This document shows, piece by piece, positions 1 to 9,608 of a stretch of DNA of 64,000 nucleotides. Position 1 is the first letter of the stretch. The number at the start of each line of letters is the position of its first letter. The notes under the pieces were generated by a model, which did no database searches, had not been told where the DNA came from, and saw nothing but the letters and a program-made list of their open reading frames with translations. Source of the DNA: an uncultured Planctomycetota bacterium (GTDB taxonomy: Bacteria; Planctomycetota; Planctomycetia; Isosphaerales; Isosphaeraceae); assembly GCA_963737655.1 (NCBI GenBank), contig CAVTTN010000002.1, positions 2,400,001 through 2,464,000 on the forward strand. The letters run 5' to 3'. Made by a program: the position numbers and the translations under genes.

Positions 1-43
1 CGTGGAGGAGGGCGGCGAGGGTGGGGTCGAGGGAGTCTTTCAT
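1..43 (-). CDS. 5' fragment of a gene running off the window (MKDSLDPTLAALLH...)
   Basis: ATG at 43-41 overlaps the TGA stop of the thioesterase gene (ATGA coupling). Only 14 codons are visible. Confidence 0.35.
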   Translation of the reverse strand, partial: MKDSLDPTLAALLH

Positions 44-456
44 CGGTCGAGGTCCGACGCGGGGAGGAAGACCAGGGTGGCCGACCCGGTGGCGACCAGC
101 TCTCCGCCTTCGGTGAAGACCTCGGCCACGGCCACGGCGGTCTTCCGGCCCGAGTGCTTCACGCGGGCCTCGGCCAGGAGCCGCTCGCCGTGGCGGGCCG
201 GGCGGACGAAATTCGCGTTGAGCTGGGCCGTGACCACATCCAGGCCCGCCGGGGCCCGGGTGCTCGCCGCCAGGCCCAACGCCGTGTCGAGCAAGGTGGC
301 CAGCACCCCGCCATGAACGACCCCCCGGGACCGAAGATGGTCCGGGCCGACGACATAGGCCACGCGGACATGGCCCGGCCCCACGACCTCGGGCCGCATG
401 TCCAGGAGGTCCAGCAAGGGCCCTCGACGGTCCGTCGGCCCGGAATCCTCGGTCAT
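40..456 (-). CDS. PaaI-family (hotdog-fold) thioesterase
   Basis: C-terminal part of ORF 40..1095. Contains GVVHGGVLATLLDTALG and TAQLNANFVRP motifs. Start set at MTEDSG (ATG 456). Confidence 0.9.
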   Translation of the reverse strand: MTEDSGPTDRRGPLLDLLDMRPEVVGPGHVRVAYVVGPDHLRSRGVVHGGVLATLLDTALGLAASTRAPAGLDVVTAQLNANFVRPARHGERLLAEARVKHSGRKTAVAVAEVFTEGGELVATGSATLVFLPASDLDR

Positions 457-622
457 GATCGGTCGAGTCCCCGTCGCGAAGCCCGAGAGGCCCGATCGAA
501 CATCGGCGCCCGCCCGGGACGATTGTAGCGACCCGAACCCGATCGCGGCAAACCAGGCCGCCGAGCGTCCCGTCAAAAACCTCCCAACGGATCGTCTCCA
601 CCATCCCTCCCGGCGGTCGAAA

Positions 623-1097
623 GGGTGTGGCCGCGGAATCATGTAGAGTTTGCCGGTTCCGCCGGTTATCATGCGCGCTCGCCCGCCGCCACCCGGGAGC
701 CCGCGCCATGCCCGCCGCCGTCGTCCGACGCACCGACACCTCGTTCGTCGTCCAGGTCGAGGTCCACTACCGCGACTCGATGCTCGAGGCCGAGGACGCC
801 ATCCTCGACGCCCTGAACGAGGCGGGGGTCGCGGCCACCGAGGAGGCCCTCCGGCGGTTCGACGCCGACGGCCGCCCGATCCGCCTCGGGCCGATGAAGC
901 TGACCTCCATGGGAAAGGTCCGCAAGGAGTACCAGACCCCCTACGGCGTCGCGGCGGCGGCGGCGGTGCTGTCGCTGCGTTGCCTGACGTACACGGCGGG
1001 GAGGTGGGACCAGTTCTGGTCGCGGATCGACCGCTCGGGATTCCCGATCGCGGCGTGACGATCGCGACGGTTACAACATGAATCCGCGGCCGCACCC
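623..1097 (+). mobile_element. Internally deleted, non-autonomous ISKra4-like element (475 bp)
   Basis: Terminal IRs GGGTGTGGCCGCGGAATCATGT (623-644) and ACATGAATCCGCGGCCGCACCC (1076-1097) match at 20/22. The internal ORF matches the N- and C-termini of the neighbouring transposase. Confidence 0.85.
708..1058 (+). pseudogene. Truncated ISKra4-like transposase (N-terminus fused in frame to C-terminus, catalytic core missing)
   Basis: MPAAVV...KEYQTPYGVA is joined directly to AAAAVLSLRCLTYTAGRWDQFWSRIDRSGFPIAA. Both halves align with the ends of 1188..2471. Confidence 0.85.
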
Positions 1098-1105
1098 CCT
1101 CGAAA

Positions 1106-2520
1106 GGGTGCGACCTCGGAATGATGTAGGATCTACCGGTCGTGACGGTTATTGTGCGGGCTCACCTCCACCCCGGGAGCCCGCGTCATGAACGCACAGA
1201 TCGTCGCCCGCACCGAGACCGGCTTCACCGTCCAGGTCGTCATCCCCTTCAAGGACTCGATGCTCGACGCCGAGGACGCCATCCAGGACGCCCTGAACGA
1301 GGCCGGCGTCGTCGCCACCGCCGAGGCCCTCGGCCGCTTCGACGCCGACGGCAAGCCGATCACCATCGACGGCGTCAAGCTCACCAGCAAGGGGCGGCTG
1401 CCCAAGGACTATCAGACCCCCTACGGCGTCGCCACCGTCGGCCGCCACGTCTACCAGCCATCTCGCGGCGGCAGGACCTTCTGCCCGCTGGACGACGCGG
1501 CCCGCATCGTCGTCAGCTCCACGCCCCGCTTCGCCAAGCAGGTGGCGCACAAGTACGCCGAGTTCGGCTCCGCCCGGGTCGCCACCGACCTGCAGGAGAA
1601 CCACGGCCGCGCCGTCGCCCGGTCGTTCGTCCAGAACGTCGCCGACGCGGTCGCGGCCGTGGCGCTGGCGCGGGAAGTCGACTGGGAGTACGACCTGCCG
1701 GAGTTCCGGGAGCCGGTGGCCACGGTGACCGTCGGGCTCGACGGGACGTGCTTGCTGATGGGCAAGGACTCCTGGCGCGAGGCGATGGTCGGGACCCTCG
1801 GCTTCTACAACGCGGAGGGCGAGAGGCTGCACACCGTCTACACGGCGGCGACGCCCGAGTACGGCAAGCTGACCTTCGCCGAGCGGTTCGACCGCGAGCT
1901 GGGCCGGGCCAAGGCGGCGTGCCCGGGGGCGCGGTACGTCGGGCTGGCCGACGGGGCGAAGGACAACTGGACGTACCTGGAGCTGGTGACCGAGGTGCAG
2001 GTCGTGGACTTCTACCACGTGACGCAGTACCTCTGGCCGGCGGCCGAGGCGCTGTTCGGGGGGCACGGGGGCGAGATGGTGGCCTGGTCCGACGGCTGGC
2101 GGCACCGGCTGCGACACGAGCCGGGTGCGGCCGCGGCGCTGATCGCGGACCTGGAGGCGCGGGCCGCGGCCCTCGGTAAGCCGCGGCCGCCCGAGGCGGT
2201 GGGGCGGGCGCTGACGTACCTGAAGAACCAGGCGGCCGGGGGCCGGCTGGACTACGCCGGGCTGGCCGAGCGGAAGATCCCGATCGGATCGGGTGTGACG
2301 GAGGCGGCGTGCAAGGTGCTGGTCAAGCAGAGGCTGTGCGGGTCGGGGATGCGGTGGAAGGACGCCGGCGCGGCGGCGGTGCTGTCGGTGCGCTGCCTGA
2401 CGTACACGACGGGGCGATGGTCACAGTTCTGGGGCCGGATCGACCGCGAGGGGTTCCCGTTGGCGGCATGATCACGGAGACCGGTCGTGCCGGTGGCCAC
2501 ATCATTCCGAGGTCACACCC
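1106..2520 (+). mobile_element. Complete ISKra4-family insertion sequence (1415 bp)
   Basis: IRL GGGTGCGACCTCGGAATGATGT (1106-1127) and IRR ACATCATTCCGAGGTCACACCC (2499-2520) match at 21/22. An 8-bp direct repeat CCTCGAAA lies at 1098-1105 and 2521-2528. Confidence 0.92.
1188..2471 (+). CDS. ISKra4-family DDE transposase
   Basis: Motifs VGLDGT, LADGAKDNW, VDFYH and PIGSGVTEAACKVLVKQRLCGSGMRW are typical of ISKra4-type DDE enzymes. The ORF lies between the IRs. Confidence 0.9.
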   Translation: MNAQIVARTETGFTVQVVIPFKDSMLDAEDAIQDALNEAGVVATAEALGRFDADGKPITIDGVKLTSKGRLPKDYQTPYGVATVGRHVYQPSRGGRTFCPLDDAARIVVSSTPRFAKQVAHKYAEFGSARVATDLQENHGRAVARSFVQNVADAVAAVALAREVDWEYDLPEFREPVATVTVGLDGTCLLMGKDSWREAMVGTLGFYNAEGERLHTVYTAATPEYGKLTFAERFDRELGRAKAACPGARYVGLADGAKDNWTYLELVTEVQVVDFYHVTQYLWPAAEALFGGHGGEMVAWSDGWRHRLRHEPGAAAALIADLEARAAALGKPRPPEAVGRALTYLKNQAAGGRLDYAGLAERKIPIGSGVTEAACKVLVKQRLCGSGMRWKDAGAAAVLSVRCLTYTTGRWSQFWGRIDREGFPLAA

Positions 2521-2668
2521 CCTCGAAAGAAACATAACGCCCATTATCGGACCCAACGGACCGAGATTACCTGCACTCCGGAGAGGCGGCCGACGCGGCT
2601 GGCGGCCTACGATTTCTTCGATCCGGCCCTGGCCGTCGCCCTGGATTGCTCTCTTCCCGCCGTCGCGG

Positions 2669-3268
2669 TCATCGCGGGGGCTTGGCGTCGGGCTCTCCCA
2701 GGGCCTTTTCTCTTGCGAGCCAGACCTCGGCTTCCATCCGGGAGTATTCGACCTGGGCGAAGTCGAACGCGGAGAATTGCTGGGTCTCGTAGAGCCGGCG
2801 GTAGCGGGCTTCCAGGTCCTTCATCCGGGCCACGTGGCCTTCGAGGGCGGCCCGGCGGGCCGGGTCGGAGGGGCCTTTCGCCCGGTTCAGGTAGACCTCG
2901 ACGTCCTGCGTCCGGGGCTCGTCGGCTCGGAACGTGAGAAAAACCTCGCATTCCAGCTGCCGGCGCGACCAGGAGTACTGCTCCCGGCTGGAGGCCGCGA
3001 CCGGTGCGCCGATCTGCCGGGAATTGGCGAGCAGCGCCAGGGCTTTCTTCGCGAGCCTCAACTGGGTCTGGACCTGGGCGTTGATCTCCTCGGCCTGGGC
3101 CGTCGGGGTCGGTCCGGGCTTTGCGTTGGCGGAGACGCGGAGGGCCGGGCCGATCCACGAGGCGGCCAGGGCGATCGTCGCCGCCGCCAGGCCGAGGCGG
3201 AGGCGACGGATCGATCGGGCCAGACGATCGACGGAATCGGCGGGGGGGGTGAATCGAGGGACGTCCAC
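2669..3268 (-). CDS. Hypothetical helical protein with an N-terminal hydrophobic segment
   Basis: ORF 2669..3364 with probable GTG start at 3268. Hydrophobic LRLGLAAATIALAASWIG is followed by amphipathic helices (WSRR...ALEGHVARMKDLE...EAEVWL). Confidence 0.65.
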   Translation of the reverse strand: MDVPRFTPPADSVDRLARSIRRLRLGLAAATIALAASWIGPALRVSANAKPGPTPTAQAEEINAQVQTQLRLAKKALALLANSRQIGAPVAASSREQYSWSRRQLECEVFLTFRADEPRTQDVEVYLNRAKGPSDPARRAALEGHVARMKDLEARYRRLYETQQFSAFDFAQVEYSRMEAEVWLAREKALGEPDAKPPR

Positions 3269-3362
3269 GGCAGGTATCCTGGGCGGGAACGAGGTCCGAG
3301 CAGGTCCGCGAACCTCTATAAGTAACGTCACCTGTGCGAGCCCGCCAGCACATAAAGGAAAC

Positions 3363-4583
3363 ATGATGCGATGGATGGTGGCCTTGATCCTGATCCTCGG
3401 CCCCGGATCGGAGTCCGAGGAGGTCCGCGTGCCGATCGATCGGGCCGGGCGGGTCGATCTCGCGGAGGTCGTCCAGCGGCTGGCCGAGGGGGTTGCCGGG
3501 CGGGTCGAGCGGCCCGGGCCCTGCCTGTTGAAGGTCCGGGGGATTCCCGGCGCCTATGCCCGCGGCCTGATCTTGCGGTCGCTGGACGAAACGGCGAGCG
3601 TCTCCGTCGGCCTGACCGACCTCGTGGTGACGATGCCGAAGCGGCCGACCGCCGAGCAGGTCCGCGCCCTGGCCGATCGGGTCCGCGACGAGATTCCCGA
3701 GGGGCGACTGGGGATGACCGCCCGGCCGTCGTATCGGCCCAACGACCCGGACCGGCCGACGATCTGCCTGGTCCACGGGATCAACTCGACGGCCCACGTC
3801 TTCGCCCACCTCGTCCCGTCTCTGGAGAAGGCGGGTTTCGGGATTGTCCTGTATGAATATCCGACCGATCGGGGGCTGGAGGCGTCGTCGAAGGCGTTCG
3901 CGAAGGACTGGGCCGAGTTCCGCCGCGACCGGGGCGAGACGGCGAAATGGGCGGTCCTCACCCACTCGATGGGTGCCCTGCTCGCCCGTCGGTACGTCGA
4001 GGGCGACGCGTACGGAGGAGACGTTTCGCACCTCCTCCTGATCGGCCCGACGAACCACGGGGCGATGACGGCCAAGGTCCAACCGCTGATCCGCCTGGCC
4101 CGGGCCGTGGAGGGCGGAGGGCGGGTCGAGGCGGCGGTGGCGGACCTGGACGCCCCGGAAGGGGAAGCCTCGCGCGACCTCCTGCCCGATAGCGCATTCC
4201 TGGCGAAGCTGAACGCGAGGCCGCGACGGGCGGGGGTCCCGTATCACATCCTCGCCGGGAGCGGGGGCTTCCTCACCAGGGCGGCGAGGGGACGGGTCGA
4301 GGCGAGGGTGGCTCTCGCGACGAAGGCCGGTGGGCTACTCGGAGGGATCTCGAAGGTCGCGGCCGGGACGGTCGCCGCCGGTCTCGACGAGATGACCGAA
4401 GGGACCGGCGACGGCTGCGTGGCGGTCGCCTCGACGAGGCTCGACGGCGTGACCGACCACGAGACGTTGCCGGTGGATCACGTCGAGCTCGGTGAGGGGC
4501 CCCCTGCTCTACCCCGATCCCGGCCCGGTGGCGTGCGAGCCGTTCGTTCTGCGGAGGCTCAAGGCGAGGTAAGCCGGTCGTGA
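3363..4583 (+). CDS. Secreted alpha/beta hydrolase (lipase/PGAP1-like), probable frameshift near the 3' end
   Basis: LVHGINS, nucleophile elbow THSMG, and GDGCV...H. After DHVEL (~4491) the +1 frame reads VRGPLLYPDPGPVACEPFVLRRLKAR* (TAA 4570-4572), which looks like the real C-terminus. Confidence 0.8.
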   Translation: MMRWMVALILILGPGSESEEVRVPIDRAGRVDLAEVVQRLAEGVAGRVERPGPCLLKVRGIPGAYARGLILRSLDETASVSVGLTDLVVTMPKRPTAEQVRALADRVRDEIPEGRLGMTARPSYRPNDPDRPTICLVHGINSTAHVFAHLVPSLEKAGFGIVLYEYPTDRGLEASSKAFAKDWAEFRRDRGETAKWAVLTHSMGALLARRYVEGDAYGGDVSHLLLIGPTNHGAMTAKVQPLIRLARAVEGGGRVEAAVADLDAPEGEASRDLLPDSAFLAKLNARPRRAGVPYHILAGSGGFLTRAARGRVEARVALATKAGGLLGGISKVAAGTVAAGLDEMTEGTGDGCVAVASTRLDGVTDHETLPVDHVELGEGPPALPRSRPGGVRAVRSAEAQGEVSRS

Positions 4584-4734
4584 GCCGGGCGGCAACGGCT
4601 CCGTCACGGGCCGCTCCGGGAGGAGCGGGAAGGGACTTGGGGGCGGGGCCGGGATCGGGTACTCTTTCCGGGTCCGGGAACGGACCGGCCGGCCACGACG
4701 CGCATCCCCCATCTTCCTCGGAGCGTCCGTCCCC

Positions 4735-6327
4735 ATGTCGTCCATCTCTGATGCCCCCGAGGTCGCCCCCGGGCGATCCTCCGGCCTGCGATCGTTCCTC
4801 GATCATCCCCCGGGCCTCTATCCGCTCTTCTTCACGGAGATGTGGGAGCGGTTCAGCTTCTACACGATGATTGCCCTGCTCTCGCTCTACCTGAACGAGT
4901 ACCACGGGTACTCCGAGGGCGAGGCGTCGAACGTGACGACCTGGTACAACTCCCTGGTGTACTTCACGCCGTTCCTGGGCGGCCTGATCGCCGACCGGGT
5001 GATCGGCTACACCCGGGCGATCCTCATCGGCGGCGTCCTGATGATGGCCGGGCACCTGCTCCTGGGGTTCGACCGGGCGAGCGACCCGACCCATCTCTGC
5101 CTGTTCGGGGCCCTGGCGTTGCTGATCGCCGGAAACGGCCTGTTCAAGCCGAATATCTCGACGCTGGTCGGCTCTCTGTACTCGCAGAACGACCCGAGGC
5201 GCGACCAGGGTTACACGATCTTCTACATGGGAATCAACATCGGCGCGTTCATCGCGCCCTTGTCGGCGAACCTCCTCCGTCGCAAGGGGGTGGACCTGGC
5301 GAAGGCGCTCGGGTTCTCGGCGTCTCCGGAGATCGGCTGGCACCTCGCGTTCGGATCGGCCGGGGTGGGGATGCTCGTGAGCGTCCTGATCTTCTGGTTC
5401 GTGAAGGGCCGGTTCCGCGACAGCGCCGCCCGGTTGAACGAGGCGCCGACCGACGATAAGCACGGCCTGGCCACGACCTCCACGCCCGAGGGAGATCGCG
5501 CGATCTTCATCGGCCAGTGGTTCAACATGGCGGCGGTGGTCGCGGCCCTGGCCTGGCTGTTCGTCGGCCCCCTCGTCCCCTGGCCCGAGGCGATCAAGAC
5601 GGCCGCGCTCTGGCCCACGAACGTCGTCCACTTCGCCTACATCTGGCTGGCGATCGAGGCGATCACCATCGTGATCTTCCTCACCGGAGGGGATACGGTC
5701 TCGGCCAACGCGGCGAAGCTCAAGGCGGTCTTCGTGGTCGTGGCCCTGTTCTGGATGGCCTTCCATCAGAACTCGGTGACGCTCACCTTCTTCGCCCGGG
5801 ACAACACCGCCACGTCGTGGGACGCCGAGACGTTCCAGGCGATCAACCCGATCTGCATCGTCCTGTTCAGCCCGTTGATGGTCATGCTCTGGTCCTGGCT
5901 GGAGAAGAAGAAGGCCGAGCCGTCGATGACGACGAAGATCATGCTCGGGATGCTCGTCACGGGCCTCGCCTACGTGGTGATGTATGGCGCCAGCCGGGCC
6001 GGCGGCGACACGGGCAAGGTCTCCGCCGCGTGGCTCACGGGGACTTACGTGATCTTGACCGTGGCCGAGCTGCTGGTCAGCCCGATCGGCCTGTCGCTGA
6101 CGTCCAAGCTGGCGCCGCCGAAGTACAAGGCGTTGTGGATGGGGTTCTGGTTCACGGCCACGGCGATCGGCAACAAGCTCGTCCACGTGATCGGCCAGTA
6201 CTGGAAGGTCTATCCGCCGAGCCAGCTCTTCCTGATCCTGGTGGGGTCGTCGATCGCGGCGGCGGCCGTGTTGTATGTCCTCCTGCTGATCCTCAAACTC
6301 GTCGGCCCCCGGAGCACGGCCGCCTGA
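4735..6327 (+). CDS. Proton-dependent oligopeptide transporter (POT/PTR family, MFS)
   Basis: EMWERFSFY (ExxERFxY motif), GNGLFKPNISTLVG, FYMGINIGA and ELLVSPIGLS, with many TM segments. Confidence 0.95.
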   Translation: MSSISDAPEVAPGRSSGLRSFLDHPPGLYPLFFTEMWERFSFYTMIALLSLYLNEYHGYSEGEASNVTTWYNSLVYFTPFLGGLIADRVIGYTRAILIGGVLMMAGHLLLGFDRASDPTHLCLFGALALLIAGNGLFKPNISTLVGSLYSQNDPRRDQGYTIFYMGINIGAFIAPLSANLLRRKGVDLAKALGFSASPEIGWHLAFGSAGVGMLVSVLIFWFVKGRFRDSAARLNEAPTDDKHGLATTSTPEGDRAIFIGQWFNMAAVVAALAWLFVGPLVPWPEAIKTAALWPTNVVHFAYIWLAIEAITIVIFLTGGDTVSANAAKLKAVFVVVALFWMAFHQNSVTLTFFARDNTATSWDAETFQAINPICIVLFSPLMVMLWSWLEKKKAEPSMTTKIMLGMLVTGLAYVVMYGASRAGGDTGKVSAAWLTGTYVILTVAELLVSPIGLSLTSKLAPPKYKALWMGFWFTATAIGNKLVHVIGQYWKVYPPSQLFLILVGSSIAAAAVLYVLLLILKLVGPRSTAA

Positions 6328-6345
6328 AAGGGCGCCGGACGAACC

Positions 6346-8418
6346 ATGCGAATCGCCCTCGGGATCACAATTGCACTCATGACCGCCTCCGCCGCGATGG
6401 CCGCCGGACGGCCGATGACCGTGGACGACCTCCTCGCCGTCAAGAGCGTGTCCGACCCCCAGCTCTCGCCCGACGGCAAGCTCGTCGCCTACGTCGTCTC
6501 GGCCGTGGACGTCGAGAAGAATAAATCGAATTCCGACCTCTGGCTCGTGCCGGTCGAAGGCGGCGAGCCGAAGCGCCTGACGACCTCTCCGGGGGCCGAC
6601 AACCATCCCCGGTGGAGCCCCGACGGCAAGACGATCGCCTTCAACTCCGACCGCTCCGGCTCGACGCAAATCTGGCTGTTGCCGCTCGACGGCGGCGAGG
6701 CCCGGCCCCTCACGAAGCTGCCGATCGACGCCTCGGGGCCGATCTGGTCGCCCAAGGGGGACAAGATCGCCTTCGCCGCCGAGGTCTTCCCCGGCAAGTC
6801 CCCCGAGGAGACCGCGAAGATCGACAAGGAGAAGTCCGAGTCGAAGAGCAAGGCCCGGGTGTTCGACTCGCTGATGATCCGCCACTGGACGAGCTGGGAC
6901 GAGGGGAAGAAGTCGCACATCTTCGTCTGCGACGCGAAGACGGGCGAGGCGACGGACCTGATGCCCGACCTGAAGGTGAATACGCCCCCGGGTCCGTTCG
7001 GCGGGTCGGAGGAGTACGCCTGGTCGCCCGACGGGACCGAGATCGCCTTCACGGCGGAGCCCCTCGAAAACCACGCGTGGTCCACGAATACCGATATTTA
7101 CACGGTCCCGGCCTCGGGAGGGCCGAGGAAGAACGTGACCGAGGCCAACAAGGGGGCGGACGCGCAGCCTCAGTACCTGTTCGACGGCCGCCACCTCGCG
7201 TTCGTGAGCCAGGAGAGGGCCGGCTTCGAGGCCGATTCCTGGGTCGTGAAGGTCGCCGACCTGGACGATCGAAAGGGCCCGAAGCCCGCGGCCTTGACCG
7301 CGACGTGGGACCGGCCCGTCCAGTCCTTCCGGATCGAGGGCGCTCGGCCGCCCCTTCTCACGGCCGTGATCGACGACACGGGAGGGATGACGATCGCGTC
7401 CTCGGGGTTCACGGTCGTGAAGGACGGAGACTCGCTCAAGACGGCCCACGGTCCGGGCCTCCATCGGCTCGCGGCCGGAGGCGTGAACACCGCCTACGCC
7501 GGCCGGGCCGACGGCGACCGCCCCGTCTTCCTTCACGGCGACTCGGCCCACCCCAACGAGGTCTATACGATCAGTCGAGATCGAGCGAAACTCTCGCCAC
7601 TGACCCACCACAATGACGATCTCCTCGCGAAACTCGACGTGAACCGGGCCGAGGGCTTCGCCTTCAAGGGATCGGGAGGCGACGAGGTCGCGGGCTGGTT
7701 GGTGAAGCCGCCGGGGTTCGACCCGTCGAAGAAATATCCCGTCCTCTTCCTGATCCACGGAGGCCCGCAAGGCGCCTGGCACGACGAATGGCATGCCCGA
7801 TGGAATTATGGACTGTTCGCCGCGCCGGGATATGTCGTGGTGGCGATCAACCCGCGAGGATCGACCGGCTACGGCCAGAAGTTCACCGACGAGATCTCCA
7901 CCGACTGGAACGGCAAGGTCTATGAAGACCTGATGACGGGCCTCGACTTCGCCCTGACGACCTACCCGTTCCTCGACAAAACGAAGATGGCGGCGGCGGG
8001 AGGATCGTTCGGCGGGTACATGGTCAACTGGATCGCCGGCCAGACCGACCGCTTCAAGGCGCTCGTCTCCCACGCCGGGATCTTCGACCTGACGAGCATG
8101 AACGTGACCACGGAGGAACTCTGGTTCTCGCAATGGGAGTTCGGCGGGATGCCGTGGGAGACGCCCGAGCGTCACCTCAAGCAGTCGCCGAGCACCTTCG
8201 CGAAGAACTTCAAGACACCGACCCTGGTGATCCACGGGGCCCTGGATTTCCGCGTGCCGGACGGCCAGGGTCTCGGCATGTTCACGGCGTTGCAACGGCT
8301 CGGCGTGCCCAGCCGCTACGTCTACTTCCCGGACGAGGGGCACTGGATCCTCAAGCCGGCCAACCGCAAGGTCTGGTGGGACGAGGTCCACGGCTGGCTC
8401 GCGAAGTACCTGAAGTGA
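6346..8418 (+). CDS. S9-family (prolyl oligopeptidase / dipeptidyl-peptidase 5-like) secreted peptidase
   Basis: Signal peptide, WSPDG beta-propeller repeats, IHGGPQG, GGSFGG nucleophile, HGALDFRVP and DEGHW. Confidence 0.95.
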   Translation: MRIALGITIALMTASAAMAAGRPMTVDDLLAVKSVSDPQLSPDGKLVAYVVSAVDVEKNKSNSDLWLVPVEGGEPKRLTTSPGADNHPRWSPDGKTIAFNSDRSGSTQIWLLPLDGGEARPLTKLPIDASGPIWSPKGDKIAFAAEVFPGKSPEETAKIDKEKSESKSKARVFDSLMIRHWTSWDEGKKSHIFVCDAKTGEATDLMPDLKVNTPPGPFGGSEEYAWSPDGTEIAFTAEPLENHAWSTNTDIYTVPASGGPRKNVTEANKGADAQPQYLFDGRHLAFVSQERAGFEADSWVVKVADLDDRKGPKPAALTATWDRPVQSFRIEGARPPLLTAVIDDTGGMTIASSGFTVVKDGDSLKTAHGPGLHRLAAGGVNTAYAGRADGDRPVFLHGDSAHPNEVYTISRDRAKLSPLTHHNDDLLAKLDVNRAEGFAFKGSGGDEVAGWLVKPPGFDPSKKYPVLFLIHGGPQGAWHDEWHARWNYGLFAAPGYVVVAINPRGSTGYGQKFTDEISTDWNGKVYEDLMTGLDFALTTYPFLDKTKMAAAGGSFGGYMVNWIAGQTDRFKALVSHAGIFDLTSMNVTTEELWFSQWEFGGMPWETPERHLKQSPSTFAKNFKTPTLVIHGALDFRVPDGQGLGMFTALQRLGVPSRYVYFPDEGHWILKPANRKVWWDEVHGWLAKYLK

Positions 8419-8807
8419 TCCCCAAAGGGAAGCGGACGGCGGCGATCTGGCGGCTCCGATGCCCCGTCTGCGGCGAGGGCCCGGTCTTCCGCGGCACCTG
8501 GGCGATGAACGAGCGATGCCCCCATTGCGGGCACGTCTTCGGCCGGGGGGAGCCGGGCTATTTCCTCGGGGCGATGTACTTCAGCTACGGGATCGGCGTC
8601 GTCCTGATCGGGGCGTTCGCGGGGATTTTGTACCTGGTTTTCCGCTCGTCGAAGCTCTGGCAACTCGTCCTGGCGGCGTGGGTGATCTTCCTGCCGCTGG
8701 TGCCGATCGTGTATCGTTATTCGCGGGTCCTCTGGCTCCACTTCGACCAGGTGATCGACTCGGACGACGGCGAAGGCCCGACCACGGGCGACACCCGATT
8801 GCCCTGA
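8415..8807 (+). CDS. DUF983-like zinc-ribbon membrane protein
   Basis: GTG start overlaps the upstream TGA. RCPVCGEG...CPHCG, EPGYFLGAMYFSY and two TM helices. Confidence 0.8.
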   Translation: MIPKGKRTAAIWRLRCPVCGEGPVFRGTWAMNERCPHCGHVFGRGEPGYFLGAMYFSYGIGVVLIGAFAGILYLVFRSSKLWQLVLAAWVIFLPLVPIVYRYSRVLWLHFDQVIDSDDGEGPTTGDTRLP

Positions 8808-8815
8808 GGCGACCG

Positions 8816-9547
8816 ATGCCGCTGCTCGACCACTTCCACCCGCCGATCTACCCGGTTCGCCACTGGGAGTCGCTCCACGCCGTTTGGTTGACGTCGATCA
8901 TGGCCCGGCTCAACCAGGGCATCCTGCCGCCGAACTACTTCGCCGAGGCCCAGGTCCACGTGGGCAGTCGGTTCGAAGTGGATGTCGGGTCGTTCGAGGA
9001 GACGACGCAGGAATCTCTGGAGCTTCCGACCGGCGGAGGGACGGCCGTGGCCGTCGAGCCCCGGGTCTGGTTGGCGCCTCCGCCGGTGGGCACCCTCCCG
9101 GCCGTCTTCCCGGACAGCCTCGAAGGGCTGATCTACGCCGACGAGGGCGGGGCCATCCTCGCCGGGGCGATCGAGATGGTCAGCCCCGGCAACAAGGACC
9201 GAGCCGCGACCCGCGAGGCGTTCGTGGCCAAATGCGCGAGCTATCTCCAGCAGGGCGTGGGCGTGGTGATCGTCGATATCGTCACCAGCCGGCTGGCGAA
9301 CCTCCACGAAGAGCTTTCGAACGCGCTGGGCGGCTCGTGCCCTCTGCCCAAGGGTTCGAACCTTTATGCGACCGCCTATCGGCCCGTTCGTCGGCCCGAC
9401 ACCGATCATCACGAGGTCTGGACGTACCCCCTGGCGCTCGGCGAGGCCCTGCCGATCGTCCCGTTGGCTCTCCGACGAGGGCCGATCGTCCCGGTGGACC
9501 TCGAATCGGCGTATCGCGAGGCTTGCCAACGGAGCCGCCTGGGATAA
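8816..9547 (+). CDS. DUF4058-family protein (PD-(D/E)XK-like fold)
   Basis: MPLLDHFHPP...WESLHA, AIEMVSPGNKDR and VDLESAYREAC, a pattern common in planctomycetes. Confidence 0.8.
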   Translation: MPLLDHFHPPIYPVRHWESLHAVWLTSIMARLNQGILPPNYFAEAQVHVGSRFEVDVGSFEETTQESLELPTGGGTAVAVEPRVWLAPPPVGTLPAVFPDSLEGLIYADEGGAILAGAIEMVSPGNKDRAATREAFVAKCASYLQQGVGVVIVDIVTSRLANLHEELSNALGGSCPLPKGSNLYATAYRPVRRPDTDHHEVWTYPLALGEALPIVPLALRRGPIVPVDLESAYREACQRSRLG

Positions 9548-9608
9548 AGTCTCCACGCATCGGATGCAGGACCGCCCCCTCCCTCCACGAACGACCGGCG
9601 CCCCTTCG

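Noticed and set aside
4273..8391. Other long antisense or alternative-frame ORFs (also 9282..12242, 35144..39058, 46293..50123)
   Set aside because: They overlap well-supported genes and have the Arg/Pro/Gly-rich composition typical of high-GC shadow ORFs.
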